Virus record (IMG/VR): IMGVR_UViG_3300038829_000127
Coordinates: 4,975 to 68,974 of that record
Direction: 5' to 3' (one strand)
DNA length: 64,000 bases
Origin: a virus
Shown here: piece by piece, positions 1 through 9,696 of the stretch
How the letters are laid out: every line of letters begins with the position of its first letter
How positions within the stretch are numbered: position 1 is the first letter of the stretch
The notes under the pieces: model-generated
What the model saw: the letters and a program-made list of their open reading frames with translations, nothing else
Databases searched by the model: none
What the model was told of the DNA's origin: nothing
Position numbers and translations under genes: made by a program

Positions 1-11
1 ACGAGGGGGAA

Positions 12-209
12 GTGATGTCTGACCGACCCATGATCTACCTCTGCAACGCCTGTGACTGGGGTGGGCTTGCGGAGGAGACAAGCCACCCGAAGCACGCGCC
101 CGGCTTCCTGCTCTGCCCCATGTGCCACGAGACGCTGGAGCCCTTCACGATGGAGGAGGCCGTGGGCATGATGCATGAGCACTGCACGGAGTTCCCCGGT
201 GGGGATTAA
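12..209 (+). CDS. small hypothetical protein, two CxxC motifs
   Basis: ORF track; CNAC and CPMC; GGGGGA SD-like sequence upstream. Confidence 0.6.
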   Translation: MMSDRPMIYLCNACDWGGLAEETSHPKHAPGFLLCPMCHETLEPFTMEEAVGMMHEHCTEFPGGD

Positions 210-519
210 ACTTGAGCGCCTGGCCAACCACAATCCCAACAACTCGAGCACCACGTACCTCTTCCACTGTCCCGGCTGCCAGGCCCCGCACCCCTTTGAG
301 GTACCGCGGTGGATCTGGAACAGCAGCCTGACCGAACCGACGTTCATGCCGTCCCTGCTGGTCAACCGGCACGACCCACAGACGCGATGCCATTTGTTCA
401 TGGCCCGGGGGCAGATTCAGTTTCTCACGGACTGTCACCACAGCCTGGCCGGGCAGACGGTCCCCTGCCCGGATTGGCAGTCGTCTCTTCAGGCTGACAA
501 GCCGGAAGAGACGACCTAG
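175..519 (+). CDS. DUF6527-like Cys/His-rich protein
   Basis: FHCPGC..H...WIWN.S...PTF.PSLL...RCH.F...G.IQFL.DC.H.LAGQTV pattern recalled for this family; true start may be downstream. Confidence 0.7.
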   Translation: MSTARSSPVGIKLERLANHNPNNSSTTYLFHCPGCQAPHPFEVPRWIWNSSLTEPTFMPSLLVNRHDPQTRCHLFMARGQIQFLTDCHHSLAGQTVPCPDWQSSLQADKPEETT

Positions 520-695
520 TGCCCCGGTACCGTGTGCCGGTCCACTTCCACGGGGAATGCGCCTTCATTACTGTGGAAGCCATAGACAGACATGATGCCC
601 TGGAGAAAAGCCGGGAGCTTATCAAGGATGATCCAGGCATATGGATAGCTGAAGGGCTGGCCGTCACAGATGAGCCGCAGAATGGAGCAAAATGA
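519..695 (+). CDS. 58-aa hypothetical protein (below ORF-track cutoff)
   Basis: GTG overlaps previous TAG; TGA overlaps next ATG (ATGA); MPRYRVPVHFHGECAF... Confidence 0.55.
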   Translation: MPRYRVPVHFHGECAFITVEAIDRHDALEKSRELIKDDPGIWIAEGLAVTDEPQNGAK

Positions 696-1012
696 AAATC
701 AGAATCGTAAGTGACGGCACCTGTCCGGGCACGAAGATCACGAACGCCGAGACAGGCGAGGAGGTCGAGGGTGTGACGGTCATTGATTGGCACCTCCGTG
801 GCCCGGACTGGAATGCCGAGTGCACCCTGAAATTCTTTGGCCCCGATGTACCGGTGGACCTGCAGGCCGAGGTGCCGGATGAGCCGTTGGGGGCCAAGCA
901 GGTGGAGTTCAAGGCGCGGTATCACCACGACATTGAGTGCATGACGCAAGAACAGTTGAAGGCAGAGATCATCCGCCTTCGCACCTACCCCCGTAAGCCC
1001 GAGCCGGTGTAG
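692..1012 (+). CDS. hypothetical protein
   Basis: ORF track; translationally coupled to upstream ORF; stop codon lies inside the tRNA. Confidence 0.65.
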   Translation: MKIRIVSDGTCPGTKITNAETGEEVEGVTVIDWHLRGPDWNAECTLKFFGPDVPVDLQAEVPDEPLGAKQVEFKARYHHDIECMTQEQLKAEIIRLRTYPRKPEPV

Positions 1013-1079
1013 CTCAGTTGGTAGCAGCGCCGCGCCTGTAACGCGGAGGTCGGGGGTTCGATCCCTCCCACCGGCTCCA
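1003..1079 (+). tRNA. tRNA-Thr (anticodon UGU) with encoded CCA
   Basis: acceptor GCCGGTG/CACCGGC, D arm GCTCAGTTGGTAGCAGC, anticodon stem CCGCG-CCTGTAA-CGCGG, T arm GGGGG-TTCGATC-CCTCC, TCCA end. Confidence 0.92.
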
Positions 1080-1113
1080 TGTGTTACCATCCTCGCCGGG
1101 TGAGTACGCGGCG

Positions 1114-1158
1114 ATCCGGGTGTCCGGCCACAATCGCCGGGCACCCGGATTTTTTTTT
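1114..1158 (+). terminator. intrinsic terminator after tRNA
   Basis: ATCCGGGTGTCCGGC/GCCGGGCACCCGGAT stem followed by a T run. Confidence 0.85.
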
Positions 1159-1190
1159 GTTGACTCCAGCACTGAGTGCTGGAGTCAACA
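1158..1190. promoter_or_regulatory. perfect 16-bp inverted repeat, candidate operator/promoter
   Basis: TGTTGACTCCAGCACT-G-AGTGCTGGAGTCAACA upstream of the terminase operon. Confidence 0.55.
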
Positions 1191-1206
1191 CGCCCATGGG
1201 GGTGTT

Positions 1207-1623
1207 ATGAAGCCAGACGAGATGATCGGCCCCAATTTGTGCCACGAGTGCGGCGAGGGATACGGTCTGCACCATGACCGTTGCTCTATGGCTGGTGAAG
1301 TAGCCAACAGGCGGTATGCTGAAAAGCTGCGCGAGATGGCTGCGGAGATCGGGCAGAAGTTTCTTGACTTAGATATCCATGGTATGACCAGAGCCCGGCT
1401 CAAGGAGGAAATCCTTCGCCTGAGAGCCGCCATCCGCAAGCACCGTGACGCCACCGGCCACGACCTCTGCTGGTATCAGCCTGAGTTGTGGAGCCTGCTG
1501 CCTGAACCCCCGCCCGTCCACGCTGGCGCGGCACCCTCCTGGGCAGAGTTCATTTCCAGATGTGCACAGTACAGGGCATCTCTGGAAGCCATCGAGCGGC
1601 TGAAGCGCGTGGGCATCAAGTAA
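1207..1623 (+). CDS. conserved hypothetical protein
   Basis: IRKHRDATGHDLCWYQPELW motif; ATG 1207 chosen after GGGGG; TAATG coupling to terL. Confidence 0.7.
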   Translation: MKPDEMIGPNLCHECGEGYGLHHDRCSMAGEVANRRYAEKLREMAAEIGQKFLDLDIHGMTRARLKEEILRLRAAIRKHRDATGHDLCWYQPELWSLLPEPPPVHAGAAPSWAEFISRCAQYRASLEAIERLKRVGIK

Positions 1624-3101
1624 TGTCCTCCGACGCAAAAGTGATATGGCGCCCGCAACCAGGCTCACAGGTAGCGTATCTAACCTGCCCTGTTTTTGAA
1701 GTCCTATTATCTGGAAATCGTGGCGGCGGAAAAACCGACTCATTGATAATGGACTTCGCCCAGCACGTCGGCCAGGGCTGGGGTGCCGAGTGGCGCGGTG
1801 TGATCTTCAGGCGCACATTCCCAGAGCTTTCGGACATCATAGTCAAGACCAAGAAATGGTTCCCGCAGATTTGGCCCGGGGCCACGTACAACCACACCGA
1901 TCACTACTGGCGCTGGCCCACTGGTGAAACCCTCTTGTTTCGCCAGTTCCTAAGAGATGACGATTACTGGAGTTTCCACGGCTCCGCCTACACGTTCATC
2001 GGTTGGGAGGAGCTTTGCACATGGCCCTCCCTGGGCGGCTACAAGCGGATGATGTCCCTCTGCCGCAGCACCGCCCCGGGCATTCCGTTGAAATACCGTG
2101 CCACGGCCAACCCGTATGGCCCGGGTCATAACGTGGTCAAGCACAGGTTCCATCTCACGGGTGTCCCGCGGGCTGGGGCCGGACCCATCATCACGGAATC
2201 GGTGGATGACGAGGGGATCCCAATAGTACCGCCGCGTAATCGGGTGGCCATCAACTGCACTCTGTCCGAGAACCGGATTCTGCTCGATTCCAACCCCAAC
2301 TATGTGAACCTGCTGCGGCAGGCCGCGAGGAACCCTAGCGAGTTGAAAGCCTGGGTGGATGGCAACTGGGACGTAGTTTCCGGGGGCATGTTTGACGACC
2401 GGTGGTTACCCGACTTCCATGTGGTGGACGATTTCACCCTTCCAGAATCATGGAAGCTGGATCGCAGCTTCGACTGGGGCGTGTCCAAGCCCTTCTCGGT
2501 GGGCTGGTGGGCGAAGGCAGACGGATCTGATTATCGGGGTGCCGATGGCCGCACCCGGTCCACTATCCCCGGTGACTTGTTCCGCTTCCAGGAGTGGTAC
2601 GGCTGGAACGGTCAGCCCAATGAGGGGTTACGAATGCTGGCCACAGAGGTGGCCAAGGGAATTGTGGAACGGGAGCGGAACTGGGGGCTGCGGCACCGGA
2701 TGACGATGGGGCCGGCAGACACACAGATATTCAACGTGGATACGGGTCGGAGCCTGGCCGACGACATGGCCCAGCCGGTCCAGCTTGAGGACGGCAGCCG
2801 CCATCCCGGGATCTTCTGGGCTCGGGCCGACAAGTCCCAGGGCTCGAGGAAGATCGGATGGGAGCAGGTCAGGGACCGGCTTCAGGCCAGCATCCCCACC
2901 CTGGGCCTGGGCCGGGATAAGCCCGGGCTGTTCGTCTTCCGCAACTGCCAGCAGTTTCTGCGGACGTTCCCGGTGATACCCCGGGACTTGAAGAACCCGG
3001 ACGATGTGGATACGAACGCGGAAGATCACATCGCTGATGAGGTGCGCTACAGGGTCCGGTACGCATCACAATATGTGGGGGAGGCTGAGACGGCCTGGTG
3101 A
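1623..3101 (+). CDS. terL: terminase large subunit
   Basis: Walker A GNRGGGKT, Walker B IGWEE, ATANP coupling motif, nuclease SFDWG and EDHIADE. Confidence 0.93.
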   Translation: MSSDAKVIWRPQPGSQVAYLTCPVFEVLLSGNRGGGKTDSLIMDFAQHVGQGWGAEWRGVIFRRTFPELSDIIVKTKKWFPQIWPGATYNHTDHYWRWPTGETLLFRQFLRDDDYWSFHGSAYTFIGWEELCTWPSLGGYKRMMSLCRSTAPGIPLKYRATANPYGPGHNVVKHRFHLTGVPRAGAGPIITESVDDEGIPIVPPRNRVAINCTLSENRILLDSNPNYVNLLRQAARNPSELKAWVDGNWDVVSGGMFDDRWLPDFHVVDDFTLPESWKLDRSFDWGVSKPFSVGWWAKADGSDYRGADGRTRSTIPGDLFRFQEWYGWNGQPNEGLRMLATEVAKGIVERERNWGLRHRMTMGPADTQIFNVDTGRSLADDMAQPVQLEDGSRHPGIFWARADKSQGSRKIGWEQVRDRLQASIPTLGLGRDKPGLFVFRNCQQFLRTFPVIPRDLKNPDDVDTNAEDHIADEVRYRVRYASQYVGEAETAW

Positions 3102-3107
3102 CTCTGC

Positions 3108-3136
3108 TTGACAATCCGCCTGAAAAGGTTACTAAT
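3108..3136 (+). promoter_or_regulatory. possible sigma70-like promoter for head genes
   Basis: TTGACA, 16-17 nt, TACTAAT; second TTGACA at 3151. Confidence 0.35.
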
Positions 3137-3150
3137 CAACCGATTGCAGG

Positions 3151-4716
3151 TTGACAAAACTGGGGGTGCTGATGGCTGCCGCAAGGAAGAAAGACCCCGA
3201 GAGCCCCACAGGCTCCGCCAACATCTCCACACAGCACCCGCAGTATTCACAGCAGGCGGATGCCTGGGAAACGCTGCGCGACTGCTACGGCGGTGAGCGG
3301 GCGGTCAAGGCCGCAGGAACCCGCTACCTGCCGCTTACTCCAGGGCAGATGAAGTTCGGGGCGCCGGGCACCAACAGCAAGGGCATGAAAGCCTACGAGG
3401 CGTACAAGGTCCGTGCGGTCTTCCCGGGCCTCGTGCGCAAGGCCGTTGAATCTAACCTGGGCATCATGCACAGGAAGCCGGCCATAATTGAGGCTCCGCC
3501 CGCACTGGACGGTTTCATCGACCACTGCACCCAAGAGGGCGAGGACATTCAGGCCCTCCTCCGCAAGATCAACGAGCAGCAAATCCTACCCGGCAGGGTA
3601 GGATTTCTCCTCGACCTCCCCGCCGACACCAGCACCAAGCCCACCCCCTACATTGCCGTCTACGAAGCCGAGACGATCATCAACTGGGACACGGACATCG
3701 GCCCCGATGGCAAGCGGCGCCTGACGCTGGTGGTCCTGGCTGAGATGCGGCATGTGCGCACCGACCGGTTCAGTTGGGAGATCAAGCCTTTCTACCGGGT
3801 GCTGGAGATCAACTCAGACGGCAATTACCAGCAGACGCTGTATGACAACCAGACACAGGTCAATACGCTGGTCCCGCTGGTGCGGGGCGAACCGCTCAAG
3901 GAAATTCCCTTCTGCATCGCCAACACCAAAGACAACGCCCCGGACGTGGACACATCTCCGATTGAGGGGCTGGCAGCACTCTCACTGGCCATTTACCGTG
4001 GTGAGGCCGACCTGCGCCAGTCCCTCTTCATGTCCGGGCAGGACACGCTGGTGATCGAGGGTGGGGAACCGAACAAGGAGTACGGCACCGGGGCAGGCAC
4101 CATCCTCACACCATCCACGGGCAACAAGGTCTACTACGTGGGTGTCTCCACGGGCGGCCTGCAGGAGCAGCGGCACAATATCGAGGGTGACAAGCAGATT
4201 GCCCTGACTGAAAGTGCGCAGCTCTTTGACACGACCAGCCGGCAGAAAGAGTCCGGGGATGCGCTCCGCATCCGGGCTGCCGCCTCCACGGCCACGCTGC
4301 AGCAGATTGCACTGACCGGGGGTGCTTGCGTAACCCGTCTTCTCCGTATGGCAGCTATCTGGATGGGTGTTTCAGAAGACGAGTCACGCAAAATCCTCTG
4401 CAAGCCCAACCTGGACTTCACGGCTGAATCCGTCTCCGGCAAGGATCTGACCGACATGATGACGGCCAAGATGCTCGGTGCCCCGTTCTCGATGCAGGAG
4501 ATCCATGAGTACGGGCGCCGCGGCGGGGTGACGGACAAGACGTTTGAGGAGAGCAGCGACATGATCGAGATGGAGCCGCCGCTGCCTGGCCCTAGCCGTC
4601 TTCCGCCCAGCCAGGATGCAGGGCAGCCGAGCGGCGGGCCGCCGAAGAAGGCCCGCCAGTCGCCTTCGATCAAGAACGGTAGTGGCTTGAAGCCCAACAG
4701 GCCCGAGATGCAGTAA
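3151..4716 (+). CDS. portal protein (DUF4055-like)
   Basis: position after terL; HPQY...WETLRDCYGGERAVKAAGTRYLP and AY..Y..RAVF motifs. Confidence 0.88.
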   Translation: MTKLGVLMAAARKKDPESPTGSANISTQHPQYSQQADAWETLRDCYGGERAVKAAGTRYLPLTPGQMKFGAPGTNSKGMKAYEAYKVRAVFPGLVRKAVESNLGIMHRKPAIIEAPPALDGFIDHCTQEGEDIQALLRKINEQQILPGRVGFLLDLPADTSTKPTPYIAVYEAETIINWDTDIGPDGKRRLTLVVLAEMRHVRTDRFSWEIKPFYRVLEINSDGNYQQTLYDNQTQVNTLVPLVRGEPLKEIPFCIANTKDNAPDVDTSPIEGLAALSLAIYRGEADLRQSLFMSGQDTLVIEGGEPNKEYGTGAGTILTPSTGNKVYYVGVSTGGLQEQRHNIEGDKQIALTESAQLFDTTSRQKESGDALRIRAAASTATLQQIALTGGACVTRLLRMAAIWMGVSEDESRKILCKPNLDFTAESVSGKDLTDMMTAKMLGAPFSMQEIHEYGRRGGVTDKTFEESSDMIEMEPPLPGPSRLPPSQDAGQPSGGPPKKARQSPSIKNGSGLKPNRPEMQ

Positions 4717-5690
4717 TGGTTCAGTCCAACAAAACCCCGAACCAGCTTCTGCATGACGCGGTAGTGCGTCACCAAGTTTTCTTGCTGCGTTCCGCAGGAG
4801 TGCTGCAAAGAAAAGTTGTTGAGGCACTACAAGAGTCCGAAGCCAGGATCAAGCTCGCCATCGTCGAGCACCCACGTAGAAATCGCCTTGAGCTGATGGC
4901 CCTTTTGGCGGCAGTCACCACCCTGCGCCGACAGGCATGGCGCAAGGTGTCAAGGGAATGGTTGGCTTCTCTGGCGGAGTTAACCGCCAGGGAACCCATG
5001 TTCCTGACCGACACCCTCAACGAAGTCGCCCCGATCGTTATACAGATAACTCCGCTCAAGAATACGGATACTATCGTTACTCAGACCGCCGTCATGGGCA
5101 AGACAGCCCAGGAGTGGTTTGACGACGCCGAGGCGTCTGATATCGACCGGATCGAGACGAGTATCCGCTGGAGTGACGAGAAGGAAGACAGCGACCGTGT
5201 CCTGTTAGCCTTGCTCTTTGGCATGGGCGGGTTGGCTACGCAGACCGAGCGTGGTTTGAGCACCATTACCGCCACGGCCCTGATGGGTCTGACCTCCGCG
5301 GTGGCCATGGATTTCTTCGCGCTCAATACGCAGTTGGCTATGCGCTGGCTATTCGTAGCGGTGCTGGATAATCGGACGACACCACTGTGCCGTTCCCTGT
5401 CAGGCAAGACGTACTTGATTGGGAAAGGTCCTATTCCCCCACTTCACTGGTACTGCCGTTCCAGGGCGGTGCCTTTCGTGAACCTGAAGAACTGGGGCGG
5501 GGTGCCTCGGTCACCCAGCTATGCTGAATGGTTGGGGGGCCAGTCGGTCCAGTTCCAGGACGAGATCCTGGGCCCCACTCGTGGCAGGCTATTCCGATCG
5601 GGCGGAGTCACACTGGCCCGGTTCGTGGACTACAACACCGGGAAACAGTTCACGCTGGAAGAGTTGGCGAAGAGAGAGGGCCAGAGTTAG
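4716..5690 (+). CDS. head morphogenesis protein (SPP1 gp7/Mu gpF-like)
   Basis: AVLDNRTTPLCRSLSG...PPLHWYCRS motif. Confidence 0.88.
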   Translation: MVQSNKTPNQLLHDAVVRHQVFLLRSAGVLQRKVVEALQESEARIKLAIVEHPRRNRLELMALLAAVTTLRRQAWRKVSREWLASLAELTAREPMFLTDTLNEVAPIVIQITPLKNTDTIVTQTAVMGKTAQEWFDDAEASDIDRIETSIRWSDEKEDSDRVLLALLFGMGGLATQTERGLSTITATALMGLTSAVAMDFFALNTQLAMRWLFVAVLDNRTTPLCRSLSGKTYLIGKGPIPPLHWYCRSRAVPFVNLKNWGGVPRSPSYAEWLGGQSVQFQDEILGPTRGRLFRSGGVTLARFVDYNTGKQFTLEELAKREGQS

Positions 5691-5762
5691 GGCGCGCCAT
5701 GCGGCACGCATTAGCTTTGCCCACACAGTGCCGCCCCATGCGGGGTGTGCAGGAGAACAATA

Positions 5763-6578
5763 GTGGCAATCAAGCTGAGGTATGAAACTGAGGAAGAGGT
5801 TCCGGCCGGCTTCACCGAACTCTACGAAGAGAAGGAAGGTGCCTGGCTCCTGACCGGAGTCGAAGGTCTGAAGTCGGAAGACGACGTGAAGCGGCTGAAG
5901 GGTGCTTTGGACAAAGAGAAGTCCGACCACAAGCTGACCAAGGGGAAGCTGCACGCCTGGGGCGATCTGAAGCCCGAGGAGGTGCTGCCCAAACTGGACC
6001 AGTTTGATGAGATGGCTCTGGCGGCTGATGGGAAGATGGATGACACCAAGATTGACGCGCTGGTGGAGTCCCGGTTGAAGTCCAAACTGGCCCCGATCGA
6101 GCGGGAGCGGGACACCTGGAAAACGAAGACGGCCGAACTCGAAGCCACCGTGGGCAGCTTTCAGTCCCGCGAGCGGGACCGAAAGATTGAAGAGGCCGTC
6201 CGCAAAGCGGCCAAGGGGAAGTTGAACGAGAATGCCATCGAAGACGCCATGCTCTACGGCGCCCGGGTTCTCGAGGTGAACGAGGAAGGCAAGGTGGTAA
6301 CTCGTGACGGGGTGGGGGTTACCCCGGGCCTGGAGCCGGTGGACTGGTTGACGGACATCCTGCCCAACAAGCCGCACTGGGGGCTGCAGTCGGCGGGTGG
6401 CGGGGCAGCCGGGGCCAAGGGTGGAGGCTCCTTCAACGGGGACAACCCGTGGGCAGCCGACAACTGGAACATGACCCGGCAGGGCGAATTTCTCGAGAAG
6501 TACGGCGAGGAAAAGGCGGTCCTGGCGGCGAAGCAGGCAGGCACCACGCTGGGTGGGGCGAAGCCCGAAAAGAAATAG
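5763..6578 (+). CDS. capsid scaffolding protein
   Basis: charged coiled-coil protein before MCP; GGGA.G...NPW...WNMT.Q C-terminus. Confidence 0.8.
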   Translation: MAIKLRYETEEEVPAGFTELYEEKEGAWLLTGVEGLKSEDDVKRLKGALDKEKSDHKLTKGKLHAWGDLKPEEVLPKLDQFDEMALAADGKMDDTKIDALVESRLKSKLAPIERERDTWKTKTAELEATVGSFQSRERDRKIEEAVRKAAKGKLNENAIEDAMLYGARVLEVNEEGKVVTRDGVGVTPGLEPVDWLTDILPNKPHWGLQSAGGGAAGAKGGGSFNGDNPWAADNWNMTRQGEFLEKYGEEKAVLAAKQAGTTLGGAKPEKK

Positions 6579-6696
6579 GTACAAAGTCAACTGAAAAAAG
6601 CGTAGGCTGTTCATCGTGAGCCGGGCCATGGGGTTCTGACTCGTGACTTTCTCCTCGGAGGTGGTCCGGGGGGAGTAACCCTTTTGGGAGGATCCC

Positions 6697-7725
6697 ATGG
6701 CATCGGGCATTGTCAAGATCGCTGATATCATCAAGCCGTCGATCTTCGATCCGTACACCCGTCTTCTGACGGAGAAGAAATCTCGCCTGATCAAGTCAGG
6801 TGCGGTGGCGCGCTCGTCCTTTCTGGATCAGTTCCTTGCCGGAGGCGGCAAGACGACCAACCTGCCGAGCTGGAAGCCGCTGGACGACGATACGGCGAAC
6901 GTCTCTACGGACGATGAAACGATCGCCTCCACGCCGAACAAGATCGGCACGGTGAGTCAGATCGCTGTGCGCTGCAACCGGAATCAGAGTTGGGCGGCCA
7001 TGGATCTGACCGAGGCGCTGGCGGGTGATGACCCCCTGGCCGCGATTTCGGACCAGGTGGCCTCGTACTGGGACCGGCACTACCAGGCCACGCTGCTGGC
7101 GGAGATGACCGGTATCTTCGCCAACAACGCCACGGCCACCGATTCGTACCACGTTCAGAACGACATGTCCGTGGACATCTCGGGCTCCGCCTACGCCCTG
7201 GGCGTGACGACCTTCTCCGCCGAAGCCATGATCGACACCCAGACTCTGCTGGGTGACTCGAGCGAAGACTTCTCGATGATCATGGTTCACTCGATCGTCT
7301 ATGCCCGCATGAAGAAGAACAACCTGATCGACTTCATCCCCGATTCCCGCGGTGAGGTCGGCTTCGGAACCTTCCTCGGTCGCTCGATCATCATCGACGA
7401 TGGTATGCCGAACCCGTCTACCGGCATCTACCACTCCTACCTCTTCGGCGCCGGCGCGGTCCTGCTGGGCACCGCTCCTCCCAAGACTCCCTCCGCTGTC
7501 GAGCGCAGCGAGTCCAAGGGTACCGGTGGCGGCATGGAGACGCTGTTCAGCCGCATCCAGTTCGCCATGCACCCGCGTGGCTTCAAGTTCAACGACACCA
7601 GTGCTGACGGTGGTCCGTCGAACGCGGCTACCAGCACCAACTTCGGTGTCGCCGCTTCCTGGACGCGCAGTTTCCCCGAGCGCAAGATGGTCAAGATCGC
7701 CCGGCTCATCACCCGCGAGGCGTAA
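6697..7725 (+). CDS. major capsid protein
   Basis: 342 aa after scaffold, strong GGAGG SD, highly biased codons; KIADII.P.IF.PY start and RKMVKIARLITRE end. Confidence 0.88.
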   Translation: MASGIVKIADIIKPSIFDPYTRLLTEKKSRLIKSGAVARSSFLDQFLAGGGKTTNLPSWKPLDDDTANVSTDDETIASTPNKIGTVSQIAVRCNRNQSWAAMDLTEALAGDDPLAAISDQVASYWDRHYQATLLAEMTGIFANNATATDSYHVQNDMSVDISGSAYALGVTTFSAEAMIDTQTLLGDSSEDFSMIMVHSIVYARMKKNNLIDFIPDSRGEVGFGTFLGRSIIIDDGMPNPSTGIYHSYLFGAGAVLLGTAPPKTPSAVERSESKGTGGGMETLFSRIQFAMHPRGFKFNDTSADGGPSNAATSTNFGVAASWTRSFPERKMVKIARLITREA

Positions 7726-7726
7726 G

Positions 7727-8578
7727 ATGGCTGAGACGCCTACCTCTCGTCTGCGTCATGTGCGGCACTCGAGGCTCGCTCGATTGTCGCGCATGCGCAG
7801 GCTCAAGGGGTTTCTAACCCGTATGGTGACCAAGTTCACTGGCACGGGGGAGCAGTTTGCTGTGTCCTCTGTGGCGAAGGGGCTGGGGCTGAAGGCGGCT
7901 CGGGACTTAACCGTCACAACGGATCCGTCCGAAGGGGATACCGTCACAATCGACGGCAGGGTCTACACGTTCTGGACCAGTCTGACCGGTCATGCGGCGG
8001 ATGATGGGGCTGTGCTGATCGACACGGGTGCGTCGGCGGATAGTCTTTTGGCCGCTCTGACGCTGGACCCGGGGGGTTCGGGCACGCTCTACAGTGCAGG
8101 AACAACGGCCCATTCGACGGTGGATGCGACGGTCACAACGAACGTCATCACCATTCGTGCCAAGGCGTATGGGCGTGTGGGCAACAGCATCGCCATCGCC
8201 AAGAGTGGCACGAATCTGGCCTGGCAGGGTGGTGCCGAAACCCTTCTGGGGGGTGAAGATCCAGGCGTGATCTTCTCCGTGATCCCTGAGACGTTCGTCA
8301 CCGGTCTGGGCCCGTTTTCCCTGACTGGCACGGATGCGTCCTACGGCCTGGATCTGGATCTTCTCTACTACCTCCGGGTTGTGGACGCAGACAACATCAT
8401 GTTTGCCCTGTCTGCGGCTCAGGCCAGGGATGGGGATTGTCTGACGTACCCTGCCGAGGCGACCGGGGACTTCATCATCCAGCTTGGCGCAACGACAAAC
8501 GTAGCGATCTACGAGACGATGCGCAGAGGAATCGCCGCGGAACGTCTCGGGGTGGCCACCGATATCGACGCTCTCTAG
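7727..8578 (+). CDS. putative virion structural/decoration protein
   Basis: follows MCP; Thr/Gly-rich beta domain (GDTVTIDGRVYTF); Arg-rich N-terminus. Confidence 0.6.
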   Translation: MAETPTSRLRHVRHSRLARLSRMRRLKGFLTRMVTKFTGTGEQFAVSSVAKGLGLKAARDLTVTTDPSEGDTVTIDGRVYTFWTSLTGHAADDGAVLIDTGASADSLLAALTLDPGGSGTLYSAGTTAHSTVDATVTTNVITIRAKAYGRVGNSIAIAKSGTNLAWQGGAETLLGGEDPGVIFSVIPETFVTGLGPFSLTGTDASYGLDLDLLYYLRVVDADNIMFALSAAQARDGDCLTYPAEATGDFIIQLGATTNVAIYETMRRGIAAERLGVATDIDAL

Positions 8579-8590
8579 CAGGAGGACCAA

Positions 8591-9169
8591 GTGACCCCGA
8601 AGTCTTTGAAGGATGTACTTGAGGAACTGGACCAGAAGGACGATTCCAACTGGACGGCTGAAGGACTGCCGACCCTCGATGCGGTGTCCAAGAAAGTTGG
8701 CCGCACCGTGACGCGGAAGGAACTCAACGAAATCTCGCCCGGATTCGTCCGCAAGATGGATGCGAAGGGGGAGAAGTTCGAGCGTAAGGTGGCCGCGGCG
8801 CCGGCTGCCGTGAACGCCACTCCCGTTGATGAGCCCGTGCCGCCGACTCATCAGGATTCAGGGGAGACGGATCGGGATGCCGAAGCGGGTTCCACGGAGC
8901 AGATCATCGCGGGGCATGATGCAGGCATTGCTGAGGCGCAGAAGCTGGTGGACGACGCCAATGCGACCCTGGCTGAGCGAGTGGCGGCCCGGGACCGTGC
9001 CGTTCTGGCCAACGAGACGGCTCTCGCGGGGAAGCCAAAGCATGTGCAGCAGATGGAGAGCACTCTGGCGTTCATCGAGGCGGGTAAGCGTGACCGTGGT
9101 GCGACTTCGGCCAGGCTGGCTCCGGTGGACGAGGCCATGGCTCGTGTGGGTTCACGACCGACGCGCTAG
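8591..9169 (+). CDS. hypothetical protein of head operon
   Basis: GGAGG SD; LD..DD.NWT.EGLP.LDAV...VTRK motif. Confidence 0.7.
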   Translation: MTPKSLKDVLEELDQKDDSNWTAEGLPTLDAVSKKVGRTVTRKELNEISPGFVRKMDAKGEKFERKVAAAPAAVNATPVDEPVPPTHQDSGETDRDAEAGSTEQIIAGHDAGIAEAQKLVDDANATLAERVAARDRAVLANETALAGKPKHVQQMESTLAFIEAGKRDRGATSARLAPVDEAMARVGSRPTR

Positions 9170-9183
9170 GGCAGGAGAGATAA

Positions 9184-9696
9184 ATGGCGATCACGGTAGA
9201 GGATGGCACCGGGCTGGCTAACGCCAACACCTATGCGACATGGGCAGAACTGGGGACGTATTTCACGGCGCGTGGAATCGTCACTACCGGTAAAACCCAG
9301 TCTCAGTGGGAGGGCTATCTGGTCCAGGCCACCGACTACATAGACCGCCACTGGCAGTTTCAGGGCATACGGCTTACGGCAACACAGGCCCTGTTGTGGC
9401 CCAGGAGTTACATCTACGACGATCGGGGTACGGCAATCACCGGGCTCCCGCTCCCGGTCAAAAATGCGGCGATCGAGTACGCCTACCAGCTGTCGCTGGG
9501 GAACACGCTGTTTTTGAATCCGACCGTGGATGCGTCCGGGGCACGGGTCATTTCTGAGCGCAAGGTGGTGGGCCCGATTGAGAAGTCCGTGACGTTCGCT
9601 TCGTCGGGCTCACTCTCCACCTACCGGGAGTTCCCGGCTGGTGACAGTCTTCTCTGGCCTTTCTCGATTGGCGGGGCCTCTGCGGTTCGCGCATGA
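9184..9696 (+). CDS. head-tail adaptor (DnaT-like domain family)
   Basis: MAITVEDGTGLANANTY...L..ATDYID...G......QAL.WPR. Confidence 0.85.
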   Translation: MAITVEDGTGLANANTYATWAELGTYFTARGIVTTGKTQSQWEGYLVQATDYIDRHWQFQGIRLTATQALLWPRSYIYDDRGTAITGLPLPVKNAAIEYAYQLSLGNTLFLNPTVDASGARVISERKVVGPIEKSVTFASSGSLSTYREFPAGDSLLWPFSIGGASAVRA

